Positions 36,136 through 49,572 of a DNA stretch of 64,000 nt are shown piece after piece. Below the pieces are notes generated by a model, which saw only the letters and a list, made by a program, of their open reading frames with translations, did not search any database and was not told the origin of the DNA. The position numbers and the translations under genes are program-made. Source of the stretch: Podarcis muralis (Eukaryota); the NCBI RefSeq assembly GCF_964188315.1, contig NC_135669.1:27838001-27902000 (forward strand), read 5' to 3'. Each line of letters opens with the position of its first letter. Position 1 is the stretch's first letter.

Positions 36136-36847
36136 CAAAACTAGATGCTGCAATCAGTCACCATGAGCAGCTGGGCAGGTTTAGCTGCCACTTCAGTAAT
36201 GTCTCCAAGTTCACCCTGAGAATTTCTGAAATATACAGGCACTTTTCCACACAAACAACCTTTGGCGGGCACAGTGATGGGAATCTTGCTTCTACCACAA
36301 CAATACATTTTTTATTTTATTATTTTATTAATTAATTAATTAAATATAATCAGAGCTTTGGCACCTTTCCCAAGAGATGCTCATACCAGTGTCAGTTTCC
36401 TATATCAGTAGTGGGCAGGGAGCAGGATAGATCTATAGTACATCTCTGAGTGATTTGATCAGCAAGGGTTTTGACTTTCAAACATTCAATAATAACAGCA
36501 ACAAAATAACTTGACACCACCAAATATTGCTGAAAGAAAGAAATCCTGGAGTAACTTGGGAGTGGGGTTTTGCATGTAAGGACTGTGAGCTCCATTCAGT
36601 TCTGGTACTCAGAACAAAAGCCTGGATTTAGGATGTATGTATGTATATATGTATTTTGTATGTATTTTGCACCTGGCACTTGGTGATAGACTCGGAGTGT
36701 GTGTATGTGTGTAATGAATGAGAGAAAACTAAAGCAGATCCTTCAAGCCTGAAGTCTGCCCACCCCTGTCCTATATTTCGAATATGGTGTCACGCAAATC
36801 CAAGCTGAACGTATTCTAATGTTCATGTTTTTGTGTTCTTAGAAATA

Positions 36848-37187
36848 CATACCCTCCAACATTTCTCTGATGAAAATAGGGACCTCCCATCCCATAATGA
36901 TAATTTTACTATTTGTACCCCCCACCCCACGTCTTACTGGATTGCCCCAGCCACTCTGGGTGGCTTCCAGCATATATAAAACCCATAATAAAACATTAAA
37001 AAAACCTTCCCTATACTGTACAGGATTGCCTTCAGATGGCTCAGGGGTTGGATAACTACATACCCTCCAACATTTCTCCATTGAAAAAAGGGGAATCCTA
37101 AGGAAAAGGGGACATTCAAGGATCAAATCAGAAACCGGGACAGCTTGTCTAAATCAGGGTTGTCCCTGGAAACACTTGAAGGATCTG
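36848..37187. mobile_element. Composite hAT (Blackjack-like) non-autonomous element
   Basis: CATACCCTCCAACATTTCTC occurs twice (36848 and about 37059). Right end TTGAAGGATCTG. Near-TSD TAGAAATA/TGGAAATA. Internal LINE-tail-like segment. Confidence 0.65.
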
Positions 37188-39497
37188 GAAATATCAACCA
37201 CCTTCTAGTATGTGAAAGCCACAGTGCTGTTTTCCTGTGGCCAGTTATGATGATTGGCAATTGATAGCAAGCATCCCAAGAACAGAAACAAAAATACACC
37301 CTTGGTGTCACTTGTGAAAGTATACTCTGTTATTCAATCCTGAAGCATTTAGAATGCAGCATACATTTAAGAGGAGCACAAACTGTTGTATTGAGCAGTG
37401 ATGTTAGGCCTGGCAGAGACAGACACTCGATTCAATTATTTGCCCTGATCAATGCTGTACTCCCCTAACAGGGAGGCAATAGAGTTTACAAACAAGTTGT
37501 TCCTACCAATTTGCGTTCCCCAAATCAAAGCGAATTTCCAGCAGACTGAAAGCCAGATTTGCATGGAAAGTCAAGACGCAGTACTGTACTTGCTTTCATG
37601 CTGTCCAGGAGGGGGTGCTCCATAGCAACAAAGTTTGCAGCTTATTTGCAGGGAGGAAACAACCAGTGGACTTGTTTGCACACTGGGTGCTATTTCACTG
37701 AGCAAATTATCTGATTATAACTAGCGTTATCCTGTTTCAAATGAGCTCATTCGATGCAACATTTCACATTCATGAATGACATTTGGAAGTTATGCAGATT
37801 ACCGTTCCAAAATAACTACCTCTCGTATATGCTCATTAGATGATGTTGAAGAGTCATCATGTAAGCATGAAATGTTACATTGAAACTGGCCTGTTGTTGT
37901 TTGTTGTTGTTGTTGTTGTTGTTTGGGGGGAAACACCCTTCAGTCCCTAATTGACTTGTTTCTATTTTTCTAGTTCAGCGTTTAACCAGCCCCTCCGCTC
38001 AGGGGCTGCTCTTCCCCCTGATCCCAAATGTGCGGTCCCTCTTGGCAGCTGAAATGCTGAGAAAGAGAGAGAATTAAAAATGAAGCTTAAATTCCAATTT
38101 ACGTAAGCTCGGGAATCTTGACAAATTGCTTCCATGTACGGCTTTATCCACCCCTTGCGATTTCAACCACACGTCTCAATCTGCCACCGGGAATCTCAGA
38201 AGTGTAATTTACAGCTCTGCTGATTGGTTTAGACAGTCATTCAGCACCTTTCCAGTCCTTCGTCTCCAGTGTCATTATTAAATCACAGACTTAGGAATTA
38301 GTGCAAGGCTGAGGCCATTTGATTTTCGGCAAGTCCAATTAACTTTATTTTATACTGACTGGCTGGCTGAGCTGATCTAATAGTTAGCAACCCTTGCCAA
38401 TGCACAAGAAAGAAAGCAAAAGGCTCCTCGGTGGCTGCTCCACCCATTTCAATTTTAAATGCAAATCATTTTTAGACATAATTTATGCCCATATAATGGC
38501 ATTTGGCTTGTAAATGAAGCACGGGGAGAGGCGAATACCACCCCTTCCATTCATCTTGCTTGCTGGCATTTTAGAACTCTTGCAGGCTCTGAGTCGATAT
38601 ATTCCCTCCCCCCCCCCCCCGGCGTGGTTTTTACAGAAGACTCAAATCAATAATACAGGAAAGGCGGACAATAATGTCCCTCAGTGGAACAGTAGAAAAA
38701 TCAACACGGTCTCAGCATCTGAACGCAACTCGACACTGCCTTCTCTACATTTATCGGACTGCGTATAAGGCTCTAGATGCCAAACAGTGCCTCCCTCTCG
38801 GGCTTAGCGCAAGATCCCAGCCTGCCAAATCTCTCTCTCGCCCCTACCTCCACACCATGACAATAAAGAGACACTGCAAAAATAGGGCACTCTGTGCTAT
38901 GAAGTTCAGGAGAGCTGCAGCAGTGGTAAGTAAGAAACATCCATTATAATTTATTGCAGCTGGAACACCCCCTTGAAGCAAGGAACATCTGGCAAGTTTA
39001 CATGCATCAGAAGCAAACCCCAGGATAACCGATCTTAATATGCCAATACATTATTATTACATGGCGAGGAGGAAACATCCGCAAGTGTTCCTATGGCTCG
39101 GATCCAAAGAACTACTTTACGTGTGCCTAAGGAACTCCACATACCCTCGAGAATGTTTACTTTAATCCTCCGACCAAAAGCCCCCTGTGTTGCATCGCAG
39201 ACTACATGAGAAATGCTCTTGAGTTTCCAAACCAATTTTTTATAATACAGCAGCTGAGAAACAGTCTCCATGGGCATATATTGATAAGTGAATGATGAAA
39301 CAGAGATAGATTTAACACTCTTTAGCAAGTTAAATGTTTCGACTCCTGCCTTCCTCAGTAACGCAGTTGGGATTTCAACTGAGCAATGTATGCCAAGAAC
39401 CCAATTCAGTCATCCCCCCCACCCCATGGCAAAAAATAGCATGAAGGTGAGGATAGGGTCCCACCCCACACCACTGCCAGCTCCACCCAGCCATCTA

Positions 39498-39722
39498 CAG
39501 CCCGTCTGATGTAATGGTTACAGTGTCTAGCTAGGAGCTGAGAGACCAGGGTTCAAATCCCTACTCAGCCATGAAACTCCCTGGGTGGGTGGCCTTGGGA
39601 CGGTCAATGCTTCTCAGCCTAACCTACCTCACAGGGTTGTTGTGGGGGTTAAATGAGGACAGGGAAGAACCCTGTATGCCCGCTTGAGCTCCTTGGAGAA
39701 AGCGGTGGGATAGAAATGCAAT
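39498..39722 (+). mobile_element. Squam3/MIR-like CORE SINE
   Basis: tRNA head (gtaatggtt..., ggttcaaatcc) plus cagcctaacctacctcacagggttgttgtg CORE-like segment. Confidence 0.75.
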
Positions 39723-39992
39723 AGACAAGTCTGCAAGCCTGTTCTCTGTCTGTAGGCTCCAGCAGCATGTTGCAGAGTTTATCTGCGTAGAGCAGGTGCC
39801 CTCTATGCATCCCGCTTCCTGCACATGGACACCTGACAGGTGTGCAATGTCGGAAATATCAGGCGCAACCCTGCCATGCAATTGTGTGAGGGGGAATGAA
39901 GAGGCTAAGAGGATAGTTTTAAGATCCCTCAGGATAGAATTGTTTCTAAGGCATGTGGCTTGTCCAAGTAAGGGGTGTGTGTGTTAAAAAAG

Positions 39993-40142
39993 AAGGAATA
40001 GCTCAGTCAGTAGAGCATGAGGCTCTTAATTGCAGGGTCATGGGTTCAAGCCCCGTATTGGGCAAAAGATTCCTGCAGTTCAGGGGGGTTGGACTAGATG
40101 GCGCTCATGGTCCCTTCCAATTCTGCAAGTCTATGATTCTAT
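39993..40142 (+). mobile_element. tRNA(Lys-CTT)-headed SINE with CR1 3' tail
   Basis: TAGCTCAGTCAGTAGAGCATGAGGCTCTTAATTGCAGGGTCATGGGTTCAAGCCCC matches tRNA-Lys-CTT. Tail GATTCCTGCAGTTCAGGGGGGTTGGACTAGATG...GGTCCCTTCCAATTCTGCAAGTCTATGATTCTAT. Confidence 0.85.
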
Positions 40143-41084
40143 AGGGAAGAAGATCAAAGGCTCAGTCGGGAAATGTTGTCTTCCCAATTGAGTCTTTGGG
40201 GTGTTATAGTATTCCATTTATACATCCAGAAAATAGTCCAACAGTCAAATAAACAACCAAACACTGAGAGGAGAAAACGACGAAAAACTGTGTTGAGTAC
40301 ATAACAAGCAATAGTAATAACAGCAGCTACTATTTTGTTCAGTATCTGAGCTGAGCTCTGCTCAATGCAGCAATTATGTTAGGACTGTTATTTCAGGGGC
40401 ATCTTTGAGATGCTGGGGTCCTAAACAGAGGACATGTTCAAGAGTTTCTGCTGTGGATGGGAAACCTGTGTCCCTCCAGATGTTGTTGGACTTCAGCTCC
40501 CATCAGCTCCAGCCAACCTGGCCAATGGTCATGGAAAATGGGAGTTGGAGTTCAGCAACAAGATGTCCCCAGGTTTCTCAAACCTGTTCCAGGCATGTTA
40601 TTTCCTCTGTCACTTTAGCAGCTTGCAGGTAGTATGGAGGAAGCAGCTCACCTGATCTCTGCTGGTGCTGCAGCACCACTTCACGTGGCTGGAGGCTGGC
40701 ACTGCCACTACTAGCCCAAGAAGGATCAGATGACACATGGAGCCAATAGAGTGCCCTCTTGGACCCTATAAAGCTTCCATGTCTGATCTGGCTCTTCCAT
40801 CTGAACAACCTGTCAGGCTGGTGCAGACGGAGCTGCCTGCTGTGAACCACCTCCTTGCCCCTGGGTCTCCATCTCTGACTGCATCTGAGCAAAGCTATGA
40901 GGGAAACATCTCCATAATGCAAGCTCTTCTACTGCAACACTGAACCAATAAGCTTAGAAATATATTGATAAAGACTGGAAATGATTTCCAAAAAAAAAAA
41001 AAAAAGGCTGTGCAGAACACACAGCACTGGACACCACATGGAGCTCTGGCACAGAACCAGAATTAATTATGCCAAACAAGTCAA

Positions 41085-41086
<2 letters not shown>

Positions 41087-41130
<44 letters not shown>
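41087..41130. repeat. (GT)22 microsatellite
   Basis: Read directly. Confidence 0.97.
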
Positions 41131-41131
<1 letters not shown>

Positions 41132-43867
41132 CGCAAGAGATTTTTATAAAGTTTTATTATATTATTCCTTATTATCCTATATGGATTGGTTATTTTCAAT
41201 TGCAAATTCTATTGTTAGCCACCTTCTGTATTTTTATAATGGACAAGTGGCATAAACTTATATAAATGTGCATACTCTGTTCAAGTTGAAACATCCAGGG
41301 TTGTATCCAACTAAGTTCTATTCAGAGTGTACCCATCTAAATAAATGGACTTAAGTTAATCATGTCCATCTATTTCAATGGACCTACTTTGTGTAAGTTT
41401 AGCACAGGATACAATACAGCCTCTAGAATATGGATAATTTTTGTGCACACGATTCTGGTGTTCTTGTTTTTTCTTTTTTAAATGACTGGTGTGCCAGTTC
41501 TACTCATCTCATACGTAGCTACCAGAGTGTGGCTCCCCCCCCCCCCATCGCCACCTACCCATTGTAGGTTTCCAGGGAGATGACAGCACACAGAAACAAA
41601 ATTTATTCCACAGAGTGATAGTGTTAAGGAAGGACATTGATCTCAGCCTTGTTTTCATTCTGTGACATGACCCCATAGAGTTGAAGGGAAGTCCACGCAA
41701 ACAACAATTATTAGAAGAAATTAACAATTACATTATTTCTTCATAAGCCGAAACACCTTATTATTATTATTATTATGCCAAAAAAAAAAAATCATTCCCT
41801 TGGGCTTCTAAAATCGTTAGAATTTGTCTCTTCCTCCCCACAGCGGGCACAGTGGGTGAATTCCCCCTCCCCATCACCACTGCCCCTGTATAGAACATTT
41901 GTGTTTCTTTCCCTTGTTATTTTCACATAGCATACAGGCACTTGACAGCTACCACTGCAAAACAAGGAATGCCAACAGCATGTCTGTGGCAGCCTGTGTT
42001 GGAGGGGTGGAGGGAGTGAATGCAATCTGCTGCATTGCGAGGCTGATGCAAGGACATGAGCCAATCCCTTGCATGTCTGCAGCATCCCCCAGGCTAGCAT
42101 CTTACGGCAAGGTAGCAGTGTGGGTGTGACGAGAGCAAGCAGCTATGCCGGCATGAAAGGAGGCTATGCCACTAAGAGCAGCTGCAAAGAAAGCCAGGCG
42201 AGTGGCAGGAGGATATAAATGTATTGTGTCATCATCCTGGAGTGGGAAAGCAATGCAACGCTGACAGAAGGCAGTGCAAACAGTACATCAGGGCACCAGA
42301 GGAAGCCCACACAGTTCCCTTGCGTCAAGAAAAATCTTTGTTTTAAATTCAACGCAATGCCATATCGGGAGCGTTCCCTAACATCCCTTTCAGTGATTAA
42401 TGACATTTGTATCCGGCCCTTCTTCCAAAGAATTCAGAGTAGTATTTTTGGCCTCGCAGTGCGATGTAGGTAGTGACTTTCCCAAACCCACAGAAGGAGC
42501 TTCATGGCCAAGGGAAAGAGAAGAAAAGGGGGAACTAAATATGTGTTTTCCCCATCCAAATCTAAAACTCTTGTCGTTGCACTATATTGTGTGTAATGTA
42601 ATATGCAAGCACAGTACAGTATTCACATTATTATGTTACGGCTTAATATTCTTGCCCTTGGCTTTAAGCCTAATGATCTCTCACACAAGAGTAAGCGTCA
42701 CTAAATGAAATACGGTGTGATGTAGGGGTTAAGAGGAGGAACACTTCAAATCTCACCTCAGTCATTAACTCACTAGGTAGTCTTAGAGAGCCCCAAGTCT
42801 GAATACTGGTCTGCCTTACAGGGCTGTATTGTTAATAGCTATTAAGGTAGTATATATATGAAATATTTTAGCGCACTTACGAGGGGGAAACCCCTTTGAA
42901 ACAGATATCATCATCAACATTCAATACTGTACATGATGTTGTGATACGAGAACATGTAATCACTGGCTCTCTGTTGTGTCAGAATATAGAGCAAACTTTG
43001 CTTCTTTCTTAAACCAACCTAAGGATTAAAATAATTATTATTCTCACACTCTAACCTCCCACACACTTTTTTTTAAATGTTTTCAGAATGTTCTCCCCTA
43101 TAAAGCTCTCTTTAATCTGTCCTCCCTTCTCCTTCCAAATTATGCGAGGTCATCTTTTCTCTTTTGATGTTTCCCCATCTTCTATTTTCACACACACTGT
43201 CTGTGCTGTGATTCTACTTTTAACCAGATCCCATATTACCAGCTCCAAGGGCTTGCTTAAGGAAAAACCATGTTACTAAATTCTTCAAATTCGGTTAAAA
43301 GGAAGAAGCATGCGTAATAATACCAAGATTCCAAACTTGAAAAATTGAAGTGCAAAATACAGAATCTACTACTACTACCACTCTGCCTTCAGATAGTTGC
43401 TCAGAAGGAAATGTGGCCCTCAGGCTGAAAAAGGTTTTCTGCCCCTCTATTCCAGTATCACAATGCAAAAACAGACCAAGAAGTCAAGCACAGTGGAGAT
43501 ACAGCTACCCGTTTCCAGAAACAACACGGGCATCTCCATGTTCATCACCAATGATCCTACATAGTTTACACTGCTATCTCTGGGCCACCTCACATATGAC
43601 AAAATTCCAACACGAGCATTAATTTCCATATGGGAAGCAACATATGTCCTGATCAACTAACACACCCAAGTGTTTCATCACAGCTTCACACCATAGGAGA
43701 CCTCCACCAGTCAGGGCTTCCCACTGCAAAATGACACATGTATCTCACAGTTTACATTGTGAGACGCAGTTTCTATTCTGGAAATGACACATGTGCAAGA
43801 TATTGGACATATGTGACATGGCCCTCATTAACTGAACTGCGAGTGATTCAAGATTCTACACCCAATA

Positions 43868-44225
43868 AAAGGTAAAGGTACCCCTGCCCGTACGGGCCAG
43901 TCTTGACAGACTCTGGGGTTGTGCGCCCATCTCACTTAAGAGGCCAGGGGCCAGCGCTGTCCGGAGACACTTCCGGGTTACGTGGCCAGCGTGACAAGCT
44001 GCATCTGGCGAGCCAGCGCAGCACACGGAAACGCCGTTTACCTTCCCGCCAGTAAGCAGTCCCTATTTATCTACTTGCACCCGGGGGTGCTTTTGAACTG
44101 CTAGGTTGGCAGGCGCTGGGACCGAGCAACGGGAGCACACCCCGCCGCGGGGATTCGAACCGCCGAACTTTCGATCGGTAAGCCCTAGGCACTGAGGCTT
44201 TTACCCACAGCGCCACCCGCGTCCC
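43868..44225 (-). mobile_element. Sauria SINE, full length
   Basis: Perfect 13-bp TSD TCTACACCCAATA. Confidence 0.95.
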
Positions 44226-44761
44226 TCTACACCCAATAGAAGCATCCAAAATCACCCTTCCAGACAAACTCTAGCACTAGGTACAAACATCTCAACATGA
44301 TATACTGCCCAAAACTAGTTGCATCCAAAGACACAAAAAGTGAATAGAAATTTCTCCTCGTCTTTCCCAAAAGAGCATCTCAAAGTTGAGAAGTACCGAT
44401 GAGGCAGTGCTTGAACTGCTCTGGAGCTTGGGCCTAGCTTTGTGAGCCATCTCATACTGTGTGTGCTCTGCCCTCGGGCCCTTCTTTAGAAACAGAAGGT
44501 GTGTGTCATCTTGATTTGGCCAGGTTTGATAGAGTAATAGGAGTTTGTCTTTGCCTTTGCCTTGTGGAACAGCTTCTGCCTATTGCACTGCAGGTGTAAG
44601 CTTAGGACCCTAGAGTAAGACACAGCCACCCCTACAGCCCTAGTCTAGCTCTGGCAGAAAATCTCTGTAGAGTTCTAGGCCTTGTACTGTAAAATTACCA
44701 GCAGTTGTCTGTTTTGTGTCGTGCTAATCCAAAGCTTTAATTATCATTGGGACAAGTCCAA

Positions 44762-45126
44762 GGGATGCAGGTGGCGCTATGGGTTAAACCACAGAGCCTA
44801 GGACTTGCCGATCAGAAGGTCAGCAGTTCGAATCCCTGCGACGGGGTGAGCTCCCGTTGCTCGGTCCCAGCTCCTGCCAACCTAGCACTTCGAAAGCACG
44901 TCAAAGTGCAAGTAGATAAATAGGTACCGCTCCAGCGGGAAGGTAAACGGCGTTTCCGTGCGCTGCTCTGGTTCGCCAGAAGCGGCTTAGTCATGCTGGC
45001 CACATGACCCGGAAGCTGTCTGCGGACAAACGCCGGCTCCCTCAGCCAATAAAGTGAGATGAGCGCTGCAACACCAAAGTCGGTCACGACAGGACCTAAT
45101 CGTCAGGGGTCCCTTTACCTTTACCT
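44762..45126 (+). mobile_element. Sauria SINE, full length
   Basis: GGGATGCAGGTGGCGC head, B-box, (TTTACC)n tail. TSD not evident. Confidence 0.9.
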
Positions 45127-48100
45127 ATGTGGAAAACTTTTAATAAAAATTGATTATACACGTGGGGGGTGGAAAGCTGTGTTAGGGTGGTAGGAAAAAA
45201 GTTAATAGTAGTGTGAGGGTGGTAAAAGCAGCAATATCTCTCTTCCTTAGGTTTAACTACTTTTCCTGGCATTTCCAGTGGTATAGAACACCTTCTACAA
45301 ATGGCCAGGTAGGCTGCCATGTTCTCCTAAAATACCTCTCCCAAAGGTACTATTGGGAGGCAAAAAATGTTGCCCCTCCCTTTTCAAGATGACTTCTTTC
45401 AGTGTCAACTTACATTGCGAATGGCAAGACAGGCTGGCTTTTGAAGTTGGTCTATTACAGAACACTGAAATTAAGGAACAGCAGAAGCTTTGCTACATCG
45501 CAGTGGATGACAATGAAGTCCTACAGTTCTCTTTTGATGTAGTAAACAAAGATCCGTCTATGTCTTCAAAAACTGAAGTGTACTATCTGTTTCAGTGATA
45601 AATCAACTAGGACCACTGAAAGAAAAGACCTCTCTCTCCAGTGCAGATACTGGTGAACAGATAAATGCATTAGGGAGCTCCTTTTCAAAAGCACCTACTA
45701 GGCAATAAACTGCTTTTATAGTGATTCAGGTGCAGGCTTAACCAATCTTCTATTTTTGTGAAATTTTGTTGGAAAATAAATCTGTTCAGACATATATTGA
45801 ACTGATGAGAGTCTGAATTGGAGAATGAAAAATGAACCTTTTGCCACACCAAATAGCAATTATACAGAAACACCATTTCTCTTTCAGAGAGTCACAGCTC
45901 ACAAGTGATAAATAAAGAAACCTTCACTGTGAGCTTAGATCTCTAAACCTAATCTCAGTGGGAACTAGAAAACCAGTACTGTGGTGAGTCTATTTGATTC
46001 ATGTTAAAATATTCTTGAGTGGATAATTCTGCTTTTAAAAAATAAATAAATCTGTAATTGAAAGGATGTAATGCTTTGCACAGGGGTAAAGATGATGCAT
46101 TAAAACATAAATAAAAATTCCCGCTATCCTTAATAGAAACCTGTGTCTTCTATTACAACTTAGGGATAATTCACAATTCTGTATGCAGCAGTATGGTATG
46201 CTATTGCATGCTAGTACATGCAGTGGGCATGTTCATGGGGCCACAGCCAATGGACTCCCCAGTATACATATGTCCACTTAATTTCCCTACCTGGAAATTA
46301 CTTTTATAGGGTTGTTGGTGATTTTGTTCTGATGCCACATAAGTATCAAAGAAGGAACCTTTCGAAAGCTGGGCCAGCAACCAAGAACTCCCCAAAGATT
46401 CAGCAGTTGGCAGTTGGGGTGGTCTCAGTGGGATCCACACAATGATGATGAGGCAGTCCAGTGGTATGGTGAGGAATAAACAAGGGAGGATTAGGGCTAG
46501 AGAGGGCAATCAAATTGTCGCAGGATTTATTTTCCAGCGTGCTAGCTAGTTCTGCTCACAGAGAGAATGCTATTAGGGGCTCTCAGTCAATAAGGGCCAT
46601 GAAGATTCCATAACTACCATAAGAATCTGGGCACTGATCCCTTATCATGCCTTCCAAGTTGGCCACGAGGTGGAGGCTTCTGCCTCTAGTCTAGGCCTTG
46701 ATCCAATCCCACAGTGGGTAGCCCTTGGCAAAACCACTTTTGGTAGCTAGGTGTAATATATGAAGACAATATGTCTGGAAATGTTTTTGGAATATTCTCC
46801 TAGGCAATTCCCTAAGAAAATATAATTTCCTTTGCATTAATCATAGAAAAGACGAGACATGTAACCACGTAGCCCTAAACTGGGTATTTCCAGGACACAG
46901 AGAGTCTCATTAAAGAACACTAACAAGAAAGCATATGGAATATTAAAGGCATGGGCTATCTGTATGAGGGAAAGCAATGTGCACCTCTGCACATCGCCAT
47001 ATATGAAAATCATGTTGGTGCATCTGGTGCATGCAGATACGTTTGGAAAAACACTTTACAATGCAGATCATCAAGTCTTCTGCCCAATGTCATAAAGCCA
47101 CTGTTTTATGTCAAAGCCTGTTCACAATATCCGCACAGTGAAGGATTTACCGTACTTGATTTAGCCCCGGGATACAGAGGAGCAGGCACCCAGGTTGGAG
47201 CTCCCTGAAGCAACTTCAGCAATTGCTATTCGTTTTATGTCGCTGCTGCCAAGCCCTGAATGCTCTTTCACCACAAGCCATATGCAAAGGCTGCAAGATT
47301 ACCGCGAGAGGCAAGTTTCGTATAGAATTATGCTCCAGGTCGTTGTGCAGACTTTCAGATCAAAGTGCTTCATTGTGCTTAGAAGCAGCACCACGAACGC
47401 CTGCAAAAAGCTACATCCCACACTTAGCTTAATTATCACAGTATGTACAGGAGGGGAAGTCAGTGTACTTCCTGAGAGCCTTTGACAAGGATATGGCACC
47501 AAAGTGCTATAGGTTTATAGCCTCATTGACTACTGGGTCATGACTGCTGTCTCCTTTCTGCATTGTCATTCATCAAGCACACCTATTATTTCAAGAACTA
47601 GTGGTGGTGGTTTTTGGCTGGATAGCTGAAATCAGGCATTTACGACCACAGAAATTATATATCATTAGTGGGGCAGAAAGAGAATTTGGACACAAGATTG
47701 AAACAGGGGAGGCTGGCTATAGCAGGAAATGGCTTCAGGTAGTTAAGTCAATTGTTATCCATATGTGTTTAGCAGATTAGTGGGACAAAACACTCCTTTG
47801 TCATGCAGGGATTATTTTTGAACTATTAACCATTAGCAAAATTCTTTCTCCATCCCTCCCCTCAAATACTAACAGTTACTAGCAAAATTATGCCAGGTAA
47901 GGTACAGATAAGAGTCGTTGGTGGCACCAGAGGGGGGCAAACACTTCCCCAAACAAGGAGCTCACACACCCTGCCAACCCATTGCTGGACTGATATATTC
48001 TTTTCTTTCCGAGATCTTATCATGTGGGACACGACTTGTGCACCTAGAAATGTACTTTGGCCATTCTGTGCCTCCCATTTTTTTTCTGGTGCTGCAACAG

Positions 48101-48418
48101 GATGGGTGTTCATAGTGTACATACTTGCAGAGAGCAATATATGGTGCATGTATTTATAGTGTATAGTGTATGTATTTGAAGGAGCAATATGTGAACTGCG
48201 TACCAATTTGCACTGAAACTTCCCAGGCAACTTCCCTGCTTAAGCGTCCAGGCCATTCAGTATCAGGTGTGGTGGGCAGGTTTCAGACCCATTGCTATTG
48301 TCCCCCAATGCAGCACTTTGCTTTTCTGCGTAAGAACAATTGGCAGCTATTAATTTATATGTCATAAATAAAGTGTGCATTCGAATCGTCAGGGGATGGT
48401 CCGCTGTCCTAAAAGATA

Positions 48419-48764
48419 AAACGTAAAGGGGCCCCTGACCATTAGATCCAGGCGTGACCGACTCTGGGGTTGCGGCACTCATCTCGCTTTATTGGCCGAG
48501 GGAACCGGCGTACAGCTTCTGGGTCATGTGGCCAGCATGACTAAGCCGTTTCTGGCGAACCAGAGCAGCGCACGGAAATGCCGTTTACCTTCCCACCAGA
48601 GCAGTACCTATTTATCTACTCGCACTTTGACGTGCTTTTGAACTGCTAGGTTGGCAGGAGCAGGGACCGAGCAACGGGACCTCACCCCGGCGCAGGGATT
48701 CAAATCGCCGACCTTCTGATTGGCAAGTCCTAGGCTCTGTGGTTTAACCCACAGCGCCACCCTC
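48419..48764 (-). mobile_element. Sauria SINE
   Basis: 15-bp TSD CTGTCCTAAAAGATA (48404-48418, 48765-48779). Confidence 0.93.
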
Positions 48765-49214
48765 CTGTCCTAAAAGATATTCCATACCAATCAGATCAGA
48801 TCTGCATAGTCCCACTTGCATTTTGTTGGGATGGAATGCTAGGGACCTGGCAATTATAGATGCAGAGCACTACTATGATATTGAAGCATATTGGTCATAT
48901 CAGTATTATAAAAGTGCCTAAATTATTATTCTACAGGAGGGGAGAGAAGCATCTACACTAATAGGAAACTCAGGTGCTATGACTTCTATGTAGTCAAAAT
49001 GGGGCTCCAGAAGAAAAAAAAGAGGAATGTATCAGTGTGCCCAGGGGAAAGCCAAAGTTTGAAAATCGTGGAAATCATCCCCAAATAGTACAGACATGAC
49101 TGAGCATGCTCAGTGGCTACAGAATGTTGAGTATCTTTGGTGAGATGGAATGAAGTATTTTGAAAGAAGGAATGATAGGCTGGCTAACGCTACACTGGTG
49201 TTATCATTACATAA

Positions 49215-49572
49215 AAAGGTAAAGGTACCCCTGCCCGTACGGGCCAGTCTTGACAGACTCTAGGGTTGTGCGCCCATCTCACTCAAGAGGCCGGGGGCCA
49301 GCGCTGTCCGGAGACACTTCCGGGTCACGTGGCCAGCGTGACATCGCTGCTCTGGCAAGCCAGAGCTGCACACGGAAACGCCGTTTACCTTCCCACTAGT
49401 AAGCGGTCCCTATTTATCTACTTGCACCCGGGGGTGCTTTCGAACTGCTAGGTTGGCAGGCGCTGGGACCGAGCAGCGGGAGCGCACCCCGCCGCGGGGA
49501 TTCAAACCGCCGACCTTTCGATCATCAAGCCCTAGGCGCTGAGGCTTTTACCCACAGCGCCACCCGTGTCCC
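49215..49572 (-). mobile_element. Sauria SINE, full length
   Basis: 14-bp TSD TTATCATTACATAA (49201-49214, 49575-49588). Confidence 0.95.

Noticed and set aside
39993-40064. Functional tRNA-Lys gene (likewise tRNA-Ala at about 25430-25505 and tRNA-Ile at about 31475-31547)
   Set aside because: Acceptor stems are broken, CpG-decay substitutions are present, and each is fused to a SINE body or CR1 tail with no Pol III terminator.
40608-40939. Third solo LTR (TGTCA...CAACA)
   Set aside because: No matching TSD on the flanks; left unclassified.
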